Translations under genes and position numbers: made by a program
Assembly: GCA_002726845.1 (NCBI GenBank)
Contig: PBSP01000094.1
Location: 1-32,053 of the forward strand
DNA: 32,053 bases
From: Methanobacteriota archaeon
Lineage (GTDB): Archaea > Thermoplasmatota > Poseidoniia > Poseidoniales > Poseidoniaceae
Direction: 5' to 3'
The notes under the pieces: generated by a model
Database searches by the model: none
Told to the model about the DNA's origin: nothing
The model's input: only the letters and a program-made list of their open reading frames with translations
Shown: piece after piece, positions 26,318 through 32,053 of the stretch
Numbering within the stretch: the stretch's first letter is position 1
Layout of the letters: every line of letters begins with the position of its first letter

Positions 26318-27967
26318 ATGCCTGTGGTAGGGTATTTTACTGCAGAGATTGGACTCTGGTCCGAATTACGCACCTACTCTGGCGGCTTGGGCGTTCTTGC
26401 AGGTGACCACGTTAAATCCGCAGCGGATGCAAAGATTCCACTCGTTGGTGTTACTCTTCTATACCATCAGGGATATGCACAACAGCACATCGATGAGATG
26501 GGTATCCAAACAGAAACATTTCCTGAACATGACCCCAACAAGCATCTCTCCAAAACAGAGATTGTCCTTCGTTTAACTTTGGACGAACGCACGTTGTTTG
26601 CGTATGTATGGAAGGCAGAAATTCAGGGAGTGCATGGAAACTCCGTACCCGTTTACTTTCTCGATACGCGTCATCCAAAGAACTCGCCCGAACATCAAGC
26701 GTTGTCCTCCCGATTGTACGGAGGTGATGACGCTGTTCGTATACGCCAAGAGTATGTTCTCGGTGTGGGAGGAGTACAACTGTTTGATCATCTGAATGTC
26801 GAACTCAGTGGACTCCACTTGAACGAAGGTCATTGCACGTTTGCTATGCTTGAACTGCTGCATCGCGGATGGAGTCGTGAAGAGTTGGCACGGCGAAGTC
26901 TTTTCACAACGCATACACCTGTACCCGCAGGACACGATCGATTCGATTGGTCTCTGGTCAAATCGGTGATTGGTGATTTGCTTCCTGATGATGCAAAATC
27001 GTTGGTCCGTAATGCAGGCGATTCCGAAAAAGGTGCACGATGTTCGATGTCGCACCTCGCAGTCGCCCTCTCAACATCGGTTAATGCGGTCTCAAAACTC
27101 AATGCGGATGTGGCGATGACGATGTTTGATGAACAAGTTATACAGCCAATTACCAACGGTGTTCACCACATTACTTGGACGTCGCCTGTCATGGCATCCT
27201 TCTTTGACAAACACCTGAACGGATGGAGATTCCAACCAGAATCCATTGGAAACGCCTACCATTTACCAACCGAGGAACTACTCGAAGCGCGTTCAGAATC
27301 ACGAAAACAACTTCGAGATTACGTCCGATCAACAACAGGCGTCGAATTGTCTGCGGATCGATTGACAATTGGGTTTGCGCGACGATTTGCTACGTACAAG
27401 CGAGCAAATCTCGTGTTTAAAAATCTGGAACGGTTACAGGCAATCGGTGGTGGAAAAATTCAATTTGTCTTCTCTGGGAAGGCCCATCCAAGAGATCAGG
27501 GCGGCAAACAACTGATCCGTGACATCTTCGAATCTGCAAACCAAATCGCCGATACGATTCCGGTTGCCTTCATTGAGAATTACGACATGCACACAGGATT
27601 GATGATGACCAGTGGCGTTGACATTTGGCTGAACAATCCCATACGTCCAATGGAAGCATCGGGTACATCTGGGATGAAAGCTGCAATGAATGGAGTTCCA
27701 AACTGTTCGATTCTTGATGGCTGGTGGCCGGAAGCCTGCATTCACGGTGTGAATGGGTGGGCTATTGGCAATGCAGAAGAAAATCGAGACGATGATCGAG
27801 ATGCGGAGAACATTTACAACGTGCTCGAAAATGAGGTCATTCCGCTTTGGGAACAGGAAGGAGATGCTTGGTCGGACGTCATGAAAGCAAGCATCGCAGC
27901 ATCAGCAGGTTTTACAGGTCAACGGATGATTCAGGATTATCTTGAATTTTACAATCAATTTTCGTGA
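26318..27967 (+). CDS. glgP: alpha-glucan (maltodextrin/glycogen) phosphorylase, GT35
   Basis: YSGGLGVLAGD, RLYGGD, HLNEGH, FTTHTPVPAGHD, ITNGVH, ARRFATYKRA, GKAHPRD, PLP-lysine motif EASGTSGMK, LDGWW. Confidence 0.94.
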   Translation: MPVVGYFTAEIGLWSELRTYSGGLGVLAGDHVKSAADAKIPLVGVTLLYHQGYAQQHIDEMGIQTETFPEHDPNKHLSKTEIVLRLTLDERTLFAYVWKAEIQGVHGNSVPVYFLDTRHPKNSPEHQALSSRLYGGDDAVRIRQEYVLGVGGVQLFDHLNVELSGLHLNEGHCTFAMLELLHRGWSREELARRSLFTTHTPVPAGHDRFDWSLVKSVIGDLLPDDAKSLVRNAGDSEKGARCSMSHLAVALSTSVNAVSKLNADVAMTMFDEQVIQPITNGVHHITWTSPVMASFFDKHLNGWRFQPESIGNAYHLPTEELLEARSESRKQLRDYVRSTTGVELSADRLTIGFARRFATYKRANLVFKNLERLQAIGGGKIQFVFSGKAHPRDQGGKQLIRDIFESANQIADTIPVAFIENYDMHTGLMMTSGVDIWLNNPIRPMEASGTSGMKAAMNGVPNCSILDGWWPEACIHGVNGWAIGNAEENRDDDRDAENIYNVLENEVIPLWEQEGDAWSDVMKASIAASAGFTGQRMIQDYLEFYNQFS

Positions 27968-30693
27968 TCATCCCAGTGGACTTCATCGCCATAGTTGTCA
28001 CCTTCACCACCCCTTCTGCCAGAGAAAATCAGAACGAGTGCGGCAACCCCAATCGCTGCAAACAACAGAGATCGAGCCAGCGTTACAACTGAGGATTTTG
28101 AATCCGACGTTTCATTTTGCTCACATGGATCACAAGAAAACATTGGGCATTCCTCACCCGCAGCCACCTCAAACGCGTCTCCGCAACAACCCTCACATGT
28201 TTTGCTTTCTTCCAAATTCGACTGATTTAACGCCGTCAGATTGTTGGGTGTTGGCTCCAATGTTTCGTTTGTCTGATTGGAATCGGAATTGGTGTTGTTT
28301 TCAACGTCTTGGGTGGAATTGGAATCATCTTGAGCCCCATTGTTGGTTGGATAAACGCAGCCTTCATTGATGGTTGCCTCAGCATTATGGTTGAGCGCTT
28401 CGGAGTCCATACAACCCATCACATCCTCAACAGGATACGTGCAGCTACCATCATCTTCTGTCGCCTCAGAATCGTAGTTCAACGCCAGTTCATCCATGCA
28501 ACCTGGAATTGGTTCAACAGTGTATTCGCAGGAACCGTCATCATGCGTTGCTTCTGAGTCAAAGTTGGTGGCAGATGAATCTGTGCACCCGTGGACTGGA
28601 AGAACAATGGGGTCAGCATCCAACTCGAGAACGGTCACAGAATGCGCTGCAACAGAAAGGATTCCGTCTTCTAACGTTGCAGAACCAAACCGAACCGTAT
28701 CGTTCGCCTCAAATCCACTCACTGTAGTTGGAGCACCTCTGTTGAGCACGATAGTCATCGCTTCATCATCAAAAGTCATGTTGTAGACCAGAAGATTAGC
28801 CATGGCCATTCTCGTGGTGTATTCTCCGCGTTGCAACGCCATCGATTCAGATCGCAGTTTACCGAGCTCAGAGATGTTTTCAAACAATTGAGTTTCCATT
28901 GAACTCCATAAACTTTCATTCCGGTACATGTGACGATTATCGGGGTCTGCACCACCGTATTCGCCGTATTCATCTCCATAATACAGCAACGGTGCCCCGG
29001 GTGTAGTGAGCAACCATCCATAGGCTTGCATGGCTGCATTGTAGGCTGATGCATCTCCTGGTTGTCCTGGAAGCCCGTCTTCTGTCCACTGATTGAAGGC
29101 ATCATTGGTTCCGGTATCTGCTCGACTGGTCAGTCGAGGAACATCATGACTACCAACATAAGGAACCATAATGGATCCCTCAAGGTACTGATCCTGACTT
29201 CGATTGGTCCAGTAATCAAGATGCATGTAGTTCTCATTACCCGAGACAAAGACATTGTCCACAACTGCGTGATACAAGACAAAGTCAGCCTGACCGTCCA
29301 ATCCATCTGGGCCCATGTAGGCGTTGATGGTCCCGTATTGTTCCTGATTGTCAACGAGTGAATGACCTACCCATCCCATGGCCGTTTCACCTTTGAGATA
29401 ATAATCGGTTCCGACCGTCTCAAATCGTTGATTCACTTGAGCGACCAGGTTTCTGGTAGCCGAATCTTCGACGTGTTTCACCGCATCAATACGAAGTCCA
29501 TCTAGATCATAAGTTTCCAACCACCACAATGCATCATCGATAATCTGTTCGGATGCATCACGAATTTTCCAGTTCACGTCCGGCATGTATGGAGTGAATT
29601 GACAATCAAGGCGATGTTCACTCCAATCGCAGTTTGCGGTACCACAGATGCATCCTGCGTTGAACCATTCCGGATGTTCCTCGTAGTACGTGTGTTGTTC
29701 GTGCACGTGGTTGATGACGAAGTCCATCATAATGCGAATGCCATGATTGTGAGCTGCGTCAACCAGAGCATGAAGTTCGTCTGCAGTTCCAAGTCTTGGT
29801 TCAACTGTTCGAGCTTCAACCGGCCAATACCCATGGAACGAGGAGACATCGTGCTCGCCATCGCTTGCTTTACCTGTCCCTTCTGCTGCTGTATTAAAGG
29901 GTGAAAGCCACAAAGCACCGACACCCAAATCGTCGAAATAACCTGACTCAATCATTTGAGTTACTCCAGAAAAATCTCCACCTTGCCAGTCCGCACCTTG
30001 AGCAGCACCGGTCAGGGATTCGTCGTTCGATGTGTTGCCGTTGACAAATCGGTCGGTCATGACCATGTAGATGAGTGCGTCTTGCCACTCAAAATCCGCA
30101 TTTGGCCCAGTCCAAAATGGGACCAGCAAATCGTAAGCAGGATTTCCGTTTACATCAAAACCGTCAATCTTGAACGTATGTTTGCCATCCTCTAAACCGC
30201 TGATGTTGTACGTCCATGATTTGTTCAAAACGTCCCACGCTGCACCATTAATATCGGTTGGTGTGCCATCGAAAGCTGCACCAGACGAACCTGGATGATA
30301 GGTGACCACAAGCGACTGATCAATCAATTCAGCACTGAATTGAGGTCGCTCATGGTCAAGTACTCGAACCAGCGAGTTCTCGAAATCGTCACAATAAGAT
30401 CGTTCAGGGTTCATAGGGTCAAAGATCCATTGTTGATCAACGATGAATTTGTAGCAATACAGGCCTTCCTGCAAATCAACCTCTGCAATCCAAATTCCGT
30501 TCTGTTCCATCATTGGGACGGGATTGTCCCAATCCCATTCACCCACTACTGAGACTTCTGTTGCGAATCCTTTGTAGGAGAAGACCGTAAGTGGTTGTGG
30601 TGTTGTTTCATCCGCTCGAACATCGTTTGAACCCAGCGGTGAAAGGACCACAAGAAGCATCAATGCAATGAGAATGTGTGCCACGGATTTCAT
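27955..30693 (-). CDS. secreted, C-terminally anchored GH13 alpha-amylase-family enzyme with N-terminal CBM48-like domain and Cys-repeat stalk
   Basis: Signal peptide; VSVVGEW...YKFIVDQQWIFDP (CBM48/AMPK-beta-like); DRFVNG, WQGGDFSG, HGYW, DFVINH, GLRIDAVKH, KGE, GSHD catalytic regions; C-terminal TM followed by GRRGG; GGAGGTTGA SD and ATGA overlap with malK. Confidence 0.92.
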   Translation of the reverse strand: MKSVAHILIALMLLVVLSPLGSNDVRADETTPQPLTVFSYKGFATEVSVVGEWDWDNPVPMMEQNGIWIAEVDLQEGLYCYKFIVDQQWIFDPMNPERSYCDDFENSLVRVLDHERPQFSAELIDQSLVVTYHPGSSGAAFDGTPTDINGAAWDVLNKSWTYNISGLEDGKHTFKIDGFDVNGNPAYDLLVPFWTGPNADFEWQDALIYMVMTDRFVNGNTSNDESLTGAAQGADWQGGDFSGVTQMIESGYFDDLGVGALWLSPFNTAAEGTGKASDGEHDVSSFHGYWPVEARTVEPRLGTADELHALVDAAHNHGIRIMMDFVINHVHEQHTYYEEHPEWFNAGCICGTANCDWSEHRLDCQFTPYMPDVNWKIRDASEQIIDDALWWLETYDLDGLRIDAVKHVEDSATRNLVAQVNQRFETVGTDYYLKGETAMGWVGHSLVDNQEQYGTINAYMGPDGLDGQADFVLYHAVVDNVFVSGNENYMHLDYWTNRSQDQYLEGSIMVPYVGSHDVPRLTSRADTGTNDAFNQWTEDGLPGQPGDASAYNAAMQAYGWLLTTPGAPLLYYGDEYGEYGGADPDNRHMYRNESLWSSMETQLFENISELGKLRSESMALQRGEYTTRMAMANLLVYNMTFDDEAMTIVLNRGAPTTVSGFEANDTVRFGSATLEDGILSVAAHSVTVLELDADPIVLPVHGCTDSSATNFDSEATHDDGSCEYTVEPIPGCMDELALNYDSEATEDDGSCTYPVEDVMGCMDSEALNHNAEATINEGCVYPTNNGAQDDSNSTQDVENNTNSDSNQTNETLEPTPNNLTALNQSNLEESKTCEGCCGDAFEVAAGEECPMFSCDPCEQNETSDSKSSVVTLARSLLFAAIGVAALVLIFSGRRGGEGDNYGDEVHWDDHEN
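28351..28590 (-). repeat. three tandem intragenic Cys repeats (GCxDxxAxN...AT...C-x-Y, 29-aa period)
   Basis: GCTDSSATNFDSEATHDDGSCEY (28522-28590), GCMDELALNYDSEATEDDGSCTY (28435-28503), GCMDSEALNHNAEATINEGCVY (28351-28416), with 6-aa linkers. Confidence 0.92.
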
Positions 30694-31487
30694 TCTTCAA
30701 CCTCCGAGGATTCCAAGGGTTTCTTGAACAACGAGTTCGCAGTGTCAACCAAATCGTCGATGTGTTTGCAAAGAAAGGAGCGAACAAAATCATTGGCCGG
30801 ATTCTGATAGGCTTCAAGTGGGGCACAATGCTGTTGCAGGGTGCCGTTGTCGAGAATCGCAATTCGGTCTGCAAGGGTCATAGCTTCAATTTGATCGTGT
30901 GTAACATAGATTGTCGTGGTTCCAAGTTCGTCGTGCAAGCGTCGAATTTCATGGCGCATCTGGTGACGAAGTTCCGCATCCAAATTCGATAACGGTTCGT
31001 CCATCAAGAGTACTTTTGGTCGACGAACAAGCGCTCGCCCTAGTGCGACACGCTGCCGTTGCCCACCACTGAGTTCTTTCGGTTTTTTGGAGAGGTGCTC
31101 GCTCAATTCCAGAAGTTCTGCAATCTCGTTCACTCTGGATTGGATTTCATCGTTGGACAACCTTTCTGGACCTTTCATCATCCGAAGTCCAAACGAAAGA
31201 TTGTCACGAATCGACATGTGAGGATACAAAGCATAGGATTGGAAGACCATTCCAAGTCCACGTGCGCCAGCAGGAAGATGGTTTACGGTCATCCCATCAA
31301 TCGTGATCTTACCATCCGTTGCATCCTCCAATCCTGCGAGCATTCGAAGCGTTGTTGACTTACCGCAACCTGAAGGCCCCAACAAAACGAGAAATTCCTT
31401 ATCTTCAATTTCCAACGAAAGATTCTCAACAGCAGTAAATCCGTCATCAAATTTCTTGTATACTCCTTCAAATTCTACGCGTACCAT
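30690..31487 (-). CDS. malK: sugar ABC transporter ATP-binding protein (MalK/UgpC-like, no C-terminal regulatory domain)
   Basis: GPSGCGKSTTLRMLAGLE, MVFQSYALYPHM, LSGGQRQRVALGRA, LMDEPLSNLDA, YVTHDQIEAMTLADRI; only 265 aa. Confidence 0.88.
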   Translation of the reverse strand: MVRVEFEGVYKKFDDGFTAVENLSLEIEDKEFLVLLGPSGCGKSTTLRMLAGLEDATDGKITIDGMTVNHLPAGARGLGMVFQSYALYPHMSIRDNLSFGLRMMKGPERLSNDEIQSRVNEIAELLELSEHLSKKPKELSGGQRQRVALGRALVRRPKVLLMDEPLSNLDAELRHQMRHEIRRLHDELGTTTIYVTHDQIEAMTLADRIAILDNGTLQQHCAPLEAYQNPANDFVRSFLCKHIDDLVDTANSLFKKPLESSEVEE

Positions 31488-31491
31488 ATGC

Positions 31492-32053
31492 TCACCCTTT
31501 CACTCCACCAGCAGACAATCCATCAATCAAAAATTTCTGGAAGAATAAGAACAGCAAGGCAACTGGAAGGCTTACCAAAAGACTTGCAGCAGCAAAATCG
31601 CCCCAGGACTGACTGGTCGAGGAAATCAAAGAAGCCAACCCTACCGGGAGCGTGTACATGTCGTTTGAAGTGTTGAACGTTAACGCAAGAAGGAATTCAT
31701 TCCATGCAGCAAGGAAACTAAACAAGGCAGTCACTGCAATTGCTGGCGTTGACAACGGCAAAACAACTTTTGTAAACACTTGAACTTGATTGCATCCATC
31801 CAACACTGCTGCTTCTTCTAGTTCACGTGGAATGGTGTCAAAGAATCCTTTCAACATCCAGACACAAAGGGGTAGCGCTGTCACACAGTATGCGAGTATG
31901 AGACCAAGATGAGAATTCAACAGACCAAGGGTTTTCATCACCAAAAAGTAAGGAACAAGGATGATGATTCCTGGAAACATTTGCACCAAAAGGAAGGAAA
32001 ACATGGACACATCTCGGCCCGTAAATTTGTAACGACTGAAAGCATAACCGGCA
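31492..32053 (-). CDS. malG: carbohydrate ABC transporter permease (MalG-like), 5'-partial
   Basis: Frame is open to the window edge (AGYAFSRYKFTGR...QMFP); EAA loop ELEEAAVLDGC, FLAAWNEF, TLPVGL, GLSAGGVKG C-terminus. Confidence 0.88.
   Translation of the reverse strand, partial: AGYAFSRYKFTGRDVSMFSFLLVQMFPGIIILVPYFLVMKTLGLLNSHLGLILAYCVTALPLCVWMLKGFFDTIPRELEEAAVLDGCNQVQVFTKVVLPLSTPAIAVTALFSFLAAWNEFLLALTFNTSNDMYTLPVGLASLISSTSQSWGDFAAASLLVSLPVALLFLFFQKFLIDGLSAGGVKG

Noticed and set aside
1-32053. CRISPR array, IS element, integrase or prophage
   Set aside because: No regularly spaced DNA repeats and no transposase, integrase or viral motifs; genes next to the tRNA are housekeeping.

Overview
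Gene-dense archaeal chromosomal segment. The gene inventory (split GMP synthase subunit B, split GcvPA/PB, DRG GTPase, archaeal NMN adenylyltransferase, HTH-ThiN regulator, acidic surface proteins with GCxD...C repeats) suggests Marine Group II Euryarchaeota (Ca. Poseidoniales); this is an inference. From left to right: tRNA-Asn(GTT); purE-guaA(B); two unknown membrane proteins; a CSAD/GAD-like PLP decarboxylase followed by gcvT-gcvPA-gcvPB (no gcvH or L gene); a thiR-thiB-thiP-thiQ-PAP2 thiamine uptake operon; a thioredoxin-CcdA fusion; pdxT; class V aminotransferase-nadM; hypothetical-grpE; drg-DoxX-like. The window ends in an alpha-glucan utilisation locus of at least 11.5 kb: membrane-anchored GH57 amylopullulanase, GH77 amylomaltase, alpha-glucan phosphorylase, membrane-anchored Cys-repeat GH13 amylase, a short MalK and a partial MalG. 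No mobile element or CRISPR array is visible. The main leads are the alpha-glucan locus with a shared promoter motif, the CSAD-type decarboxylase, a recurring non-canonical TATA-like element (TT[G/C]AA about 22-30 nt before first-gene start codons), and three structured intergenic spacers (5530-5612, 14855-14998, 18911-18958).
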